Part shown: positions 23,501 to 37,148 of the stretch, piece after piece
Numbering within the stretch: the stretch's first letter is position 1
Layout: the number at the start of each line of letters is the position of its first letter
From: Macrostomum lignano
Lineage: Eukaryota
NCBI GenBank assembly: GCA_002269645.1
Contig: NIVC01000558.1
Coordinates: 124,001 to 188,000, forward strand
Direction: 5' to 3'
Length of the DNA: 64,000 nt
Program-made: the position numbers and the translations under genes
Notes under the pieces: model-generated
Seen by the model: the letters and a program-made list of their open reading frames with translations, nothing else
Database searches by the model: none
What the model was told of the DNA's origin: nothing

Positions 23501-26500
23501 TACAGTCACCATCCCTACAGTCACCATCCCTACAGTCACCATCCCTACAGTCACCATCCCTACAGTCACCATCCCTACAGTCACCATCCCTACAGTCACC
23601 ATCCCTACAGTCACCATCCCTACAGTCACCATCCCTACAGTCACCATCCCTACAGTCACCATCCCTACAGTCACCATCCCTACAGTCACCATCCCTACAG
23701 TCACCATCCCTACAGTCACCATCCCTACAGTCACCATCCCTACAGTCACCATCCCTACAGTCACCATCCCTACAGTCACCATCCCTACAGTCACCATCCC
23801 TACAGTCACCATCCCTACAGTCACCATCCCTACAGTCACCATCCCTACAGTCACCATCCCTACAGTCACCATCCCTACAGTCACCATCCCTACAGTCACC
23901 ATCCCTACAGTCACCATCCCTACAGTCACCATCCCTACAGTCACCATCCCTACAGTCACCATCCCTACAGTCACCATCCCTACAGTCACCATCCCTACAG
24001 TCACCATCCCTACAGTCACCATCCCTACAGTCACCATCCCTACAGTCACCATCCCTACAGTCACCATCCCTACAGTCACCATCCCTACAGTCACCATCCC
24101 TACAGTCACCATCCCTACAGTCACCATCCCTACAGTCACCATCCCTACAGTCACCATCCCTACAGTCACCATCCCTACAGTCACCATCCCTACAGTCACC
24201 ATCCCTACAGTCACCATCCCTACAGTCACCATCCCTACAGTCACCATCCCTACAGTCACCATCCCTACAGTCACCATCCCTACAGTCACCATCCCTACAG
24301 TCACCATCCCTACAGTCACCATCCCTACAGTCACCATCCCTACAGTCACCATCCCTACAGTCACCATCCCTACAGTCACCATCCCTACAGTCACCATCCC
24401 TACAGTCACCATCCCTACAGTCACCATCCCTACAGTCACCATCCCTACAGTCACCATCCCTACAGTCACCATCCCTACAGTCACCATCCCTACAGTCACC
24501 ATCCCTACAGTCACCATCCCTACAGTCACCATCCCTACAGTCACCATCCCTACAGTCACCATCCCTACAGTCACCATCCCTACAGTCACCATCCCTACAG
24601 TCACCATCCCTACAGTCACCATCCCTACAGTCACCATCCCTACAGTCACCATCCCTACAGTCACCATCCCTACAGTCACCATCCCTACAGTCACCATCCC
24701 TACAGTCACCATCCCTACAGTCACCATCCCTACAGTCACCATCCCTACAGTCACCATCCCTACAGTCACCATCCCTACAGTCACCATCCCTACAGTCACC
24801 ATCCCTACAGTCACCATCCCTACAGTCACCATCCCTACAGTCACCATCCCTACAGTCACCATCCCTACAGTCACCATCCCTACAGTCACCATCCCTACAG
24901 TCACCATCCCTACAGTCACCATCCCTACAGTCACCATCCCTACAGTCACCATCCCTACAGTCACCATCCCTACAGTCACCATCCCTACAGTCACCATCCC
25001 TACAGTCACCATCCCTACAGTCACCATCCCTACAGTCACATCCCTACAGTCACCATCCCTACAGTCACCATCCCTACAGTCACCATCCCTACAGTCACCA
25101 TCCCTACAGTCACCATCCCTACAGTCACCATCCCTACAGTCACCATCCCTACAGTCACCATCCCTACAGTCACCATCCCTACAGTCACCATCCCTACAGT
25201 CACCATCCCTACAGTCACCATCCCTACAGTCACCATCCCTACAGTCACCATCCCTACAGTCACCATCCCTACAGTCACCATCCCTACAGTCACCATCCCT
25301 ACAGTCACCATCCCTACAGTCACCATCCCTACAGTCACCATCCCTACAGTCACCATCCCTACAGTCACCATCCCTACAGTCACCATCCCTACAGTCACCA
25401 TCCCTACAGTCACCATCCCTACAGTCACCATCCCTACAGTCACCATCCCTACAGTCACCATCCCTACAGTCACCATCCCTACAGTCACCATCCCTACAGT
25501 CACCATCCCTACAGTCACCATCCCTACAGTCACCATCCCTACAGTCACCATCCCTACAGTCACCATCCCTACAGTCACCATCCCTACAGTCACCATCCCT
25601 ACAGTCACCATCCCTACAGTCACCATCCCTACAGTCACCATCCCTACAGTCACCATCCCTACAGTCACCATCCCTACAGTCACCATCCCTACAGTCACAT
25701 CCCTACAGTCACCATCCCTACAGTCACCATCCCTACAGTCACCATCCCTACAGTCACCATCCCTACAGTCACCATCCCTACAGTCACCATCCCTACAGTC
25801 ACCATCCCTACAGTCACCATCCCTACAGTCACCATCCCTACAGTCACCATCCCTACAGTCACCATCCCTACAGTCACCATCCCTACAGTCACCATCCCTA
25901 CAGTCACCATCCCTACAGTCACCATCCCTACAGTCACCATCCCTACAGTCACCATCCCTACAGTCACCATCCCTACAGTCAGCATCCCTACAGTCACCAT
26001 CCCTACAGTCACCATCCCTACAGTCACCATCCCTACAGTCACCATCCCTACAGTCACCATCCCTACAGTCACCATCCCTACAGTCACCATCCCTACAGTC
26101 ACCATCCCTACAGTCACCATCCCTACAGTCACCATCCCTACAGTCACCATCCCTACAGTCACCATCCCTACAGTCACCATCCCTACAGTCACCATCCCTA
26201 CAGTCACCATCCCTACAGTCACCATCCCTACAGTCACCATCCCTACAGTCACCATCCCTACAGTCACCATCCCTACAGTCACCATCCCTACAGTCACCAT
26301 CCCTACAGTCACCATCCCTACAGTCACCATCCCTACAGTCACCATCCCTACAGTCACCATCCCTACAGTCACCATCCCTACAGTCACCATCCCTACAGTC
26401 ACCATCCCTACAGTCACCATCCCTACAGTCACCATCCCTACAGTCACCATCCCTACAGTCACCATCCCTACAGTCACCATCCCTACAGTCACCATCCCTA

Positions 26501-29500
26501 CAGTCACCATCCCTACAGTCACCATCCCTACAGTCACCATCCCTACAGTCACCATCCCTACAGTCACCATCCCTACAGTCACCATCCCTACAGTCACCAT
26601 CCCTACAGTCACCATCCCTACAGTCACCATCCCTACAGTCACCATCCCTACAGTCACCATCCCTACAGTCACCATCCCTACAGTCACCATCCCTACAGTC
26701 ACCATCCCTACAGTCACCATCCCTACAGTCACCATCCCTACAGTCACCATCCCTACAGTCACCATCCCTACAGTCACCATCCCTACAGTCACCATCCCTA
26801 CAGTCACCATCCCTACAGTCACCATCCCTACAGTCACCATCCCTACAGTCACCATCCCTACAGTCACCATCCCTACAGTCACCATCCCTACAGTCACCAT
26901 CCCTACAGTCACCATCCCTACAGTCACCATCCCTACAGTCACCATCCCTACAGTCACCATCCCTACAGTCACCATCCCTACAGTCACCATCCCTACAGTC
27001 ACCATCCCTACAGTCACCATCCCTACAGTCACCATCCCTACAGTCACCATCCCTACAGTCACCATCCCTACAGTCACCATCCCTACAGTCACCATCCCTA
27101 CAGTCACCATCCCTACAGTCACCATCCCTACAGTCACCATCCCTACAGTCACCATCCCTACAGTCACCATCCCTACAGTCACCATCCCTACAGTCACCAT
27201 CCCTACAGTCACCATCCCTACAGTCACCATCCCTACAGTCACCATCCCTACAGTCACCATCCCTACAGTCACCATCCCTACAGTCACCATCCCTACAGTC
27301 ACCATCCCTACAGTCACCATCCCTACAGTCACCATCCCTACAGTCACCATCCCTACAGTCACCATCCCTACAGTCACCATCCCTACAGTCACCATCCCTA
27401 CAGTCACCATCCCTACAGTCACCATCCCTACAGTCACCATCCCTACAGTCACCATCCCTACAGTCACCATCCCTACAGTCACCATCCCTACAGTCACCAT
27501 CCCTACAGTCACCATCCCTACAGTCACCATCCCTACACCATCCCTACAGTCACCATCCCTACAGTCACCATCCCTACAGTCACCATCCCTACAGTCACCA
27601 TCCCTACAGTCACCATCCCTACAGTCACCATCCCTACAGTCACCATCCCTACAGTCACCATCCCTACAGTCAGCATCCCTACAGTCACCATCCCTACAGT
27701 CACCATCCCTACAGTCACCATCCCTACAGTCACCATCCCTACAGTCACCATCCCTACAGTCACCATCCCTACAGTCAGCATCCCTACAGTCACATCCCTA
27801 CAGTCACATCCCTACAGTCACCATCCCTACAGTCACCATCCCTACAGTCACCATCCCTACAGTCACCATCCCTACAGTCACCATCCCTACAGTCAGCCAT
27901 CCCTACAGTCACCATCCCTACAGTCACCATCCCTACAGTCACATCCCTACAGTCAGCATCCCTACAGTCACCATCCCTACAGTCACCATCCCTACAGTCA
28001 CCATCCCTACAGTCACCATCCCTACAGTCACCATCCCTACAGTCACCATCCCTACAGTCACCATCCCTACAGTCACCATCCCTACAGTCACCATCCCTAC
28101 AGTCACCATCCCTACAGTCACCATCCCTACAGTCACCATCCCTACAGTCACCATCCCTACAGTCACCATCCCTACAGTCACCATCCCTACAGTCACCATC
28201 CCTACAGTCACCATCCCTACAGTCACCATCCCTACAGTCACCATCCCTACAGTCACATCCCTACAGTCACCATCCCTACAGTCAGCATCCCTACAGTCAC
28301 CATCCCTACAGTCACCATCCCTACAGTCACCATCCCTACAGTCAGCATCCCTACAGTCACCATCCCTACAGTCACCATCCCTACAGTCACCATCCCTACA
28401 GTCACCATCCCTACAGTCACCATCCCTACAGTCACCATCCCTACAGTCACCATCCCTACAGTCACCATCCCTACAGTCAGCATCCCTACAGTCACCATCC
28501 CTACAGTCACCATCCCTACAGTCACCATCCCTACAGTCACCATCCCTACAGTCACCATCCCTACAGTCACCATCCCTACAGTCACCATCCCTACAGTCAC
28601 CATCCCTACAGTCACCATCCCTACAGTCACATCCCTACAGTCACCATCCCTACAGTCACCATCCCTACAGTCACCATCCCTACAGTCACCATCCCTACAG
28701 TCAGCATCCCTACAGTCACCATCCCTACAGTCACCATCCCTACAGTCACCATCCCTACAGTCAGCATCCCTACAGTCACCATCCCTACAGTCACCATCCC
28801 TACAGTCACCATCCCTACAGTCAGCATCCCTACAGTCACCATCCCTACAGTCACATCCCTACAGTCACCATCCCTACAGTCACCATCCCTACAGTCACCA
28901 TCCCTACAGTCACATCCCTACAGTCACCATCCCTACAGTCACCATCCCTACAGTCACCATCCCTACAGTCACCATCCCTACAGTCACCATCCCTACAGTC
29001 ACCATCCCTACAGTCACCATCCCTACAGTCACCATCCCTACAGTCACCATCCCTACAGTCACCATCCCTACAGTCACCATCCCTACAGTCACCATCCCTA
29101 CAGTCACCATCCCTACAGTCACCATCCCTGCAGTCACCATCCCTACAGTCACCATCCCTACAGTCACCATCCCTACAGTCACCATCCCTACAGTCACCAT
29201 CCCTACAGTCACCATCCCTACAGTCACCATCCCTGCAGTCACCATCCCTACAGTCACCATCCCTACAGTCACCATCCCTACAGTCACCATCCCTACAGTC
29301 ACCATCCCTACAGTCACCATCCCTACAGTCACCATCCCTACAGTCACCATCCCTGCAGTCACCATCCCTACAGTCACCATCCCTACAGTCACCATCCCTA
29401 CAGTCACCATCCCTACAGTCACCATCCCTACAGTCAGCATCCCTACAGTCACCATCCCTACAGTCACCATCCCTACAGTCACCATCCCTACAGTCACCAT

Positions 29501-31459
29501 CCCTACAGTCAGCATCCCTACAGTCACCATCCCTACAGTCACCATCCCTACAGTCACCATCCCTACAGTCAGCATCCCTACAGTCACCATCCCTACAGTC
29601 ACCATCCCTGCAGTCACCATCCCTACAGTCAGCATCCCTACAGTCACCATCCCTACAGTCAGCATCCCTACAGTCACCATCCCTACAGTCACCATCCCTA
29701 CAGTCACCATCCCTACAGTCAGCATCCCTACAGTCACCATCCCTACAGTCACCATCCCTGCAGTCACCATCCCTACAGTCACCATCCCTACAGTCACCAT
29801 CCCTACAGTCACCATCCCTACAGTCACCATCCCTACAGTCACCATCCCTGCAGTCACCATCCCTACAGTCACCATCCCTACAGTCACCATCCCTACAGTC
29901 ACCATCCCTACAGTCACCATCCCTACAGTCACCATCCCTACAGTCACCATCCCTACAGTCACCATCCCTACAGTCACCATCCCTACAGTCACCATCCCTA
30001 CAGTCACCATCCCTACAGTCACCATCCCTACAGTCACCATCCCTACAGTCACCATCCCTACAGTCACCATCCCTACAGTCACCATCCCTACAGTCACCAT
30101 CCCTACAGTCACCATCCCTACAGTCACCATCCCTACAGTCACCATCCCTGCAGTCACCATCCCTACAGTCACCATCCCTACAGTCACCATCCCTACAGTC
30201 ACCATCCCTACAGTCACCATCCCTGCAGTCACCATCCCTGCAGTCACCATCCCTACAGTCACCATCCCTACAGTCACCATCCCTACAGTCACCATCCCTA
30301 CAGTCACCATCCCTACAGTCACCATCCCTACAGTCACCATCCCTACAGTCACCATCCCTACAGTCACCATCCCTGCAGTCACCATCCCTACAGTCACCAT
30401 CCCTACAGTCACCATCCCTACAGTCACCATCCCTGCAGTCACCATCCCTGCAGTCACCATCCCTACAGTCACCATCCCTACAGTCACCATCCCTACAGTC
30501 ACCATCCCTACAGTCACCATCCCTACAGTCACCATCCCTACAGTCACCATCCCTACAGTCACCATCCCTACAGTCACCATCCCTACAGTCACCATCCCTG
30601 CAGTCACCATCCCTACAGTCACCATCCCTACAGTCAGCATCCCTACAGTCACCATCCCTGCAGTCACCATCCCTGCAGTCACCATCCCTACAGTCACCAT
30701 CCCTACAGTCACCATCCCTACAGTCAGCATCCCTACAGTCACCATCCCTACAGTCAGCATCCCTACAGTCACCATCCCTACAGTCACCATCCCTACAGTC
30801 ACCATCCCTGCAGTCACCATCCCTGCAGTCACCATCCCTACAGTCACCATCCCTACAGTCAGCATCCCTACAGTCACCATCCCTACAGTCACCATCCCTG
30901 CAGTCACCATCCCTACAGTCTCCGTCCCTACAGTCACCATCCTTACAGTCACCATCCCTGCAGTCACCATCCCTACAGTCACCATCCCTACAGTCAGCAT
31001 CCCTACAGTCACCATCCCTGCAGTCACCATCCCTGCAGTCACCATCCCTACAGTCACCATCCCTACAGTCACCATCCCTACAGTCAGCATCCCTACAGTC
31101 ACCATCCCTACAGTCAGCATCCCTACAGTCACCATCCCTACAGTCACCATCCCTACAGTCACCATCCCTGCAGTCACCATCCCTGCAGTCACCATCCCTA
31201 CAGTCACCATCCCTACAGTCACCATCCCTGCAGTCACCATCCCTACAGTCACCATCCCTACAGTCACCATCCCTGCAGTCACCATCCCTACAGTCACCAT
31301 CCCTACAGTCACCATCCCTACAGTCACCATCCCTACAGTCACCATCCCTGCAGTCACCATCCCTACAGTCACCATCCCTACAGTCACCATCCCTACAGTC
31401 ACCATCCCTGCAGTCACCATCCCTACAGTCACCATCCCTACAGTCACCATCCCTTCACT
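20519..31459. repeat. 10.9-kb satellite of a 15-bp unit CAGTCACCATCCCTA (~730 copies)
   Basis: Direct. The 3,600-aa ORFs in all three + frames arise because the unit has no + strand stop codon. Confidence 0.99.
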
Positions 31460-31580
31460 TAACTTCTCGGGCACAGCGTGGAAAATTCAGCTCAACGTTG
31501 TTCGCTCACAATTCCCAGAGTTCTGATTGGCTAGTTATTGCAATCGATTCCATTCTGGCAGCTGCTGGCTGCTCCCAGCC

Positions 31581-32732
31581 TCACGGCTTTATCCAGACGT
31601 ACTCGAACTCGCTGGCCAACTTTTCGGGCACAGCGTGGAACTTCAGCAGGTGGCACATCCGGCCTGATGGCGAGAAGGCGCTGCCCAGGCAGCTCGGGCT
31701 GCTGTGGCAGGCGGCGCTGCACTCGAATTCAACTCTGGCTGGGAAACTGCTGTGAGTCATGGAGCTCTGAGCGCTGCTCATGTTGGGATGTTTTGGCATG
31801 TTTTCATCTGGATAGAATCAATGGTGATTGGATATTTTGCTGACAATCCTTGCATAAAATATGGAAGCCTTCTTCTTTCATCCATTTTTGATGTCTCCAC
31901 GGTAAATTTTCATTTCCTATATCCTAAAAATGAGTTGTGTATGTATGTGTGATTCTGATGTATTATTCTAACTATACGATTATATTCTTGTCGCTATCTG
32001 AGCGTGCAAGAATGTAAGGAGATCTGAGTCCTAAGTTTATTTTGCATGCTGAATTAGCATACAAAGTGGTGACTTAGTGCTAAAGCGGGCACTAAAGCTG
32101 AAAGCCCCTAGTGATGAAGCCCTTGGTATAGGGCATGTGCTAAAGACCCTGATGCTGGCTTACATTAAAATCTTGAGCTTACGAGCTCATGCTTAATAAC
32201 ACACCCACTCGATTCAAACACATCATGTGCACGACGCCTAAGTTACCCATACTGACAATCATTTCATTCGCTTACACTTCTGGTAGATGATTTCATAGAT
32301 TAAATTTCTATAGCCACCACCGCACACCTGCGATGCATTCCCGCCGCATTGAGAATTGCACTGGGAGTCAGGAGCGGCTCCGAGAGAGCCGTAGGCCGAC
32401 CCGCAGCAGCAGTACTCGCCCGCCTGAGCGCCGAAGTAGCGGAATCAGCCGCACTTGCAGATGTCGGCGCACAGCTGCAGCGTCATCTCGCCCGGCCTCT
32501 GCACAAAGGCGGGCACAGTCGGTTTCATGGCGTACGGACCGAATTTGACAATACCTTGAAGTCCTCGCAAGTCTCGGTTGCTGTTATAGAGACCGTCCAC
32601 ATAGCAGCCGATGTACTGAAAACCCAGCGGACTCGGAGTTGCAGAGGCCATGCAGCTCCAGAGCCAAATGAGCAACAGAGAATAGACAGCGAAGACAGTT
32701 TCTAAAGGCATTTCTTTTCGGCTCACTTTCAT
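31581..32732 (-). pseudogene. WSC + PAN/apple-like secreted protein paralogue with an in-frame TGA (32447-32445); exons 32732-32276 and 31807-31581
   Basis: The frame continues past the stop: ICKCG*FRYFGAQAGEYCCCG...CGGNASQVCGGGYRNLIYEIIY. Phase-1 donor T|GTAAGC and acceptor CTATCCAG|AT. Exon 2 has CSAACHSSPSC...CHLLKF. Confidence 0.8.
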
Positions 32733-33583
32733 TAGCTCGGCTTCGGAACTGGCAAACTACAAGTTTTCACGCTTTTGAGACAGACTTTGCGTAAATATCG
32801 TTATCTTTATACGCTCCTATGAGCTTCTACCCTGTCATTGGATACAGCACACTGGATGCTTGTCATTGGATAGCGACAAATGAATAGATTTTCACAAGCA
32901 CTGAGAATCGGCTTTGAAGATGCCGCTTGAGATAGGAGTTCTGATCTAAGCAGATAACAGAAAATTTTCTTGAGCATCTCCTGCAAGTCAGCCTTTGCAG
33001 GAGTAAATACTCAATACAGTTGGTCGCGAGCTCTAAAAACACTTTTCAAGCTGTTTCATATCCTGCAGCTGAGCCTGGAAACTTGTGGGAAATATTACAA
33101 ACCATCTTCTGCGGCTCGTTCCAACTATCGATGAGTCACCGAATCGCCTGACTGATGTACAGATTTTCGATCAGATTACAGTATGATGCACCAGCAGACA
33201 CATCCAATTAATTTCAGAGTCCCATGAAGTCAGTTTCGAAAATACACGACATTCAAAATTACCCCTATGTTAGTGAGGCTATAGGTTGTAAAACCTTGTG
33301 GTTGAATCGAATGTGGTGGCAACTCTCTTCACCTAAGCTGTGGCTACTCAGTTTCATGCTTTTGTGATTGACTGCCCCAGTTGTAACAGGAAGCTTGTGA
33401 GCCGCACAAAAGCACGCAACGTGTTTTGCTGTAGTTGCTGTTCAAGACCACAAAAGTTGGTCATTAATTTCGCACCAGCTACGCAAAGGAAATCCAAGAT
33501 CAGCAAGGGGTCAAAAAGTGTGCTGATGGAACTGTATTAACATAGTTCTTCAAGTGCTGCTGTGCTTGCAACGGTAGCAAAAC

Positions 33584-33830
33584 CAATGCCTGCAGTGACC
33601 AATGCCTGCAGTGACCAATGCCTGCAATGACCAATGCCTGCAGTGACCGATGCCTGCAGTGACCAATGCGTGCAGTGACCAATGCCTGCAGTGACCAATG
33701 CCTGCAGTGACCAATGCCTGCAGTGACCAATGCCTGCAGTTACCAATGCCTGCAGTGACCAATGCCTGCAGTTACCAATGCCTGCAGTGACCAATGCCTG
33801 CAGTGACCAATGCCTGCAGTGACCAATGCA
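33584..33830. repeat. 16-bp minisatellite (GACCAATGCCTGCAGT), ~15 copies
   Basis: Direct. Confidence 0.95.
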
Positions 33831-36382
33831 TGACAATTGCCCAGTAACACTCAAGTAATCAGAAAGCCCACGCAGTTGCCTAAAGCCTGTAAAGCTACAA
33901 TCATAATAAAAACAATACAGTATGCGTCAAGTCTTTTAAAAACAGCGTCTTTAAGGTACGTTTCTGGGCCTGTACGCGAATCGAGGCCGCGTTCGCCTGC
34001 CAGCATCCGGTGATGGAGTTGCAGCCGCTAAAGATGCACCGAACAACAGTTAAGAACCAGAATTGGTTTTTCTTGAGTTGCAGCTTGCAGAGAGACGCAT
34101 TGCGTCTGCACTGCTGTTGAGCCCCTCGCAGCTAAGAGAAGGAGCTGCTCACACAATGGCTGATCCTTGAGGCTGAGGAAGTTGGGATTGAGTGACAGCC
34201 GCATGATTCCATTGTTTTTTGAGTTTTAGAAGCTAAGAAGGAGCCAAGTAGCTTATAGATTATTTGAGCTGTTGTTGTCTTGTCCGGGGCTTCTGCTGCT
34301 GCTTGAGATGCTTGAGTATTCCTGTCAGGGAGGAGACAACCGCAGGTTCGCATCAAGGACTACTCAGAGTAGAGTACTTGAGTAGTTCTTGGTTCGCATA
34401 AGCTACGAGCGTACTTCACAACAAAAGCAACAACAACCAAGACAACAAAAATATGTGGTCAGCCGGTCAAGCGAGTAATGAGAGGCAAAAGGTAACAAAA
34501 GACTTCACACAGACAAGCAGCTCTGAGCTAATAGAGAAAGGAATGAGTAGACAAGCCAACTGCTGCCATATTGCTGACTCAAAAACTTATTACCGTGGTT
34601 TCCTCAATGCCAGTTGTCAAGCAAATTGGCTTACAGCAGCCTCATGGACTCTAATACCGAATGTGTTACTATAAAATGTGATTCTATCCATGATTCTTTA
34701 ATCTCGAAGCCGACAACACAGGTATAATTTGTCTGTTATTCTGGCAATAGGTCCAACCAGTGCTGGGCTTACTGTTTCCCTCGCTGGGAAATCCAAAAGT
34801 CCTTGTTCTCCAATTCAGAGACGAGATCACGGACGAAAGGGATGCTCTGAGGCCAAGTGAGGCTTTGAATCCCCAACTCACCAGTGCAGCGGCAGATTCT
34901 TTCCACGGACAGCCGGGCCAAGCAAAAGTGTCCTGTAAAAAGTAAAAAGAGAATATGGGCGCTCCAAAAGAGGAGTTGAAGAAAGCAGAGGTTCATTGTT
35001 CTTGTAAGACTTCATTTTGGCTTCGCCTATTCTTGACTAAGTTTGGTCTCTGTTTCCGTTCTGATCAATATGTAGTTTCACTCGATCTGGAGCCTAAAAG
35101 ATCTTACAGCAGAGATCGCAAGTTGTTGGCCAAGACTCGTGCCTGTAGCACAAATAACGAACAGTAGTCTTGGGATTTCCGTGAGTTGCACTGGAACTCT
35201 TGCTGTCCCTTGGATTCTTCTCCCGTAGCTCATTTCGGGGCCGAGGCCGTGTCTATTTTATAGAATTTAGGTACACGTCATCCCCCGCCGCTGATTAGCA
35301 ACGGCGGGGTGCCAAAAGCAGACACAGCAACATTAGATTAGCGCGTTGCTACGGGGCGAGACAGATAATTTGAGAACTGTTCGTTGGTCGCATCAGGCGA
35401 TGGTTAAAGGTCAGTTCGGAGTTCGTTATTCGAGCCGATTCGCACGTCAGACCACTCGTGCGTCCCTCGGTGAGTCGTGTCATAAAACGCCTCGAACTCA
35501 CTCTTAGGCGACTCTTTGACAACTTTTGGCGACTTCTACGCTTGTACCGTGATATGTTGTTGCTTTTGAGTCGTCTAAAGTCACTTCTTTCCTTTTTTAC
35601 CTGTTTTACCTGCATCAACCCTAAAACGACTCTAAGGAGACGCAAGTGACTCTGGGACGCTTCGTGGCTTAAGTGCTGTTTTCATCGGGATAGAATTAAT
35701 TTTCAGCACATTCTGCAATGAGACTGCAGGCAAATTGAAATAAAATGCGTCTCTCAAAGCCCAACCTCTGCAGTCCATTAGAGGCAAAGCCGACAGGTGG
35801 GCCTCTTAGCAGGGTTGGTTAAAATACTGATCTATGAAATATTCAGTTCGGGATTGACTTTTAATTAACGCAACGATGCGTTCTAAGAAGCGATGCGCTT
35901 ACTTAAGTGGTTCATTGTGAGCTCACCATTTATGGCAACATGAAAGCATTTTTTGCGCCTTCAATTAACGCCGAATTGAAAAAAGGCAGCTAAAGGCTCT
36001 CAAGAGTCTAATTGATTTGCTCAAGTGAGGAGTATGTTTTAAATGGGGAAGGTGATTTGATACAGATAGGAATCACTTAGTTTCCGCTAAAATGTTTGGT
36101 TGATTTATTCAGTCTCCAAACCTTCCTTGATGCATAAGAGAACTGTGTCTGTAATGAAAGCTGTTTGCCAGGTGCTTCAACAGTCTTTAACTGTTAGCGT
36201 CGAACTTTTTATTTGATTTTAAATCCAGAATATCTGAACCGCAGATTTTTAGGGGACCTGATAGCCATCGTAAACAACAGGATGGTAGCACAATTACGAG
36301 TAGAGCGTAATTCAGTTTTAAACTTCCGCATATCAACAGACCAGTAACTGCGGTCGGCGTCCCTTCATTTTTACTACTCTCT

Positions 36383-37148
36383 TCACAGCTTCATCCAGAC
36401 GTGCTCAACTTCACTGGCCACCTCGGCGGGCACAGCGAAGAACTTCAGCAGGCGGCACACGCGGCTCGAGGCCACGAAGGCGCAGCCAAGGCAGTCCGGC
36501 CTGCGCTGGCAGGCGGCAGCGCACTGGATGGCGTTGCCCGTCACCGTGGAGCTGTGGCTGATGGAGCCGTACGAGGAGTCGGCGGAGATGCTGGGAACGG
36601 ACGCAATCGGCAGCTTCGTCAGCTTCGATCCAGCTGTGGGTGGGGTTGAAATCAAATTTTGTAAAACCGTTTATTGACTCAAACACTTGAAGCAGATTGA
36701 ATCTGCCGCTCATCTTACTCGGTGAGTAGGTGACTTCGTAAATCGAGTTTCTCATTGCGCCGCCGCACACCTGCAGCGAGTTTCCATGGCAACTGGAATC
36801 GCATTCCTCCTCCGCCGCTTTGCCGAAGGATCCGATGGTTGAGCTGCAGCTGCAGAAGAAAAAGTACTGAGTGCCGAAGTAGCGGAACCGACCGTAGGAG
36901 CAAATCTGGTTGCACATTTCCAGAGTCATTGTGAATCGGCCTTCAACGAAGCCCGGAGAAAATGTTGACATTTCGTAGGGGCCATAGTGAAAAATTCCTA
37001 AAAGTCCTTTGAGATCGCGACTGTCGCCGTCTTTATAGCAGCCAACGTAGCGAAACTCGAGTGGCTGGACGGGCTCGAAAGCCGCGCAGCCTTGAAGACT
37101 CGCCCACATCAGGGCGAGGCAAACAGCGAGACCGTTTGACAGCCGCAT
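36383..37148 (-). CDS. Secreted WSC + PAN/apple-like protein, 2 exons (37148-36719, 36633-36383; 85-nt intron), 226 aa
   Basis: Signal peptide. YVGCYKD...MTLEMCNQIC...YFGTQY..CSC...CDSSCHGNSLQVCGG. A|GTAAGA...CACAG|CT in phase 1. Exon 2 has CAAACQRRPDC..CAF..SRVCRLL. Confidence 0.88.

Noticed and set aside
20519-31459. CRISPR-like array
   Set aside because: Contiguous tandem units with no unique spacers, in a eukaryotic context.
20499-31755. Three >3,600-aa ORFs (poly-PTVTI/SHHPY/QSPSL) as giant mucin or His-rich proteins
   Set aside because: All + frames are open only because the 15-bp unit lacks stops. Random 14-bp units shift frames with no frame conservation, and there is no signal peptide or splice context.
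32105-32145. Second hammerhead (GTGATGAAGCCCT-TGGTAT-AGGGC)
   Set aside because: The stem-II-like hairpin is present, but the core C and the GAAA are missing. At best a dead remnant.
32445-32447. Selenocysteine or readthrough TGA in the WSC gene
   Set aside because: It aligns with Gly/Arg rather than Cys in the paralogues, and no SECIS or readthrough context was recognised.
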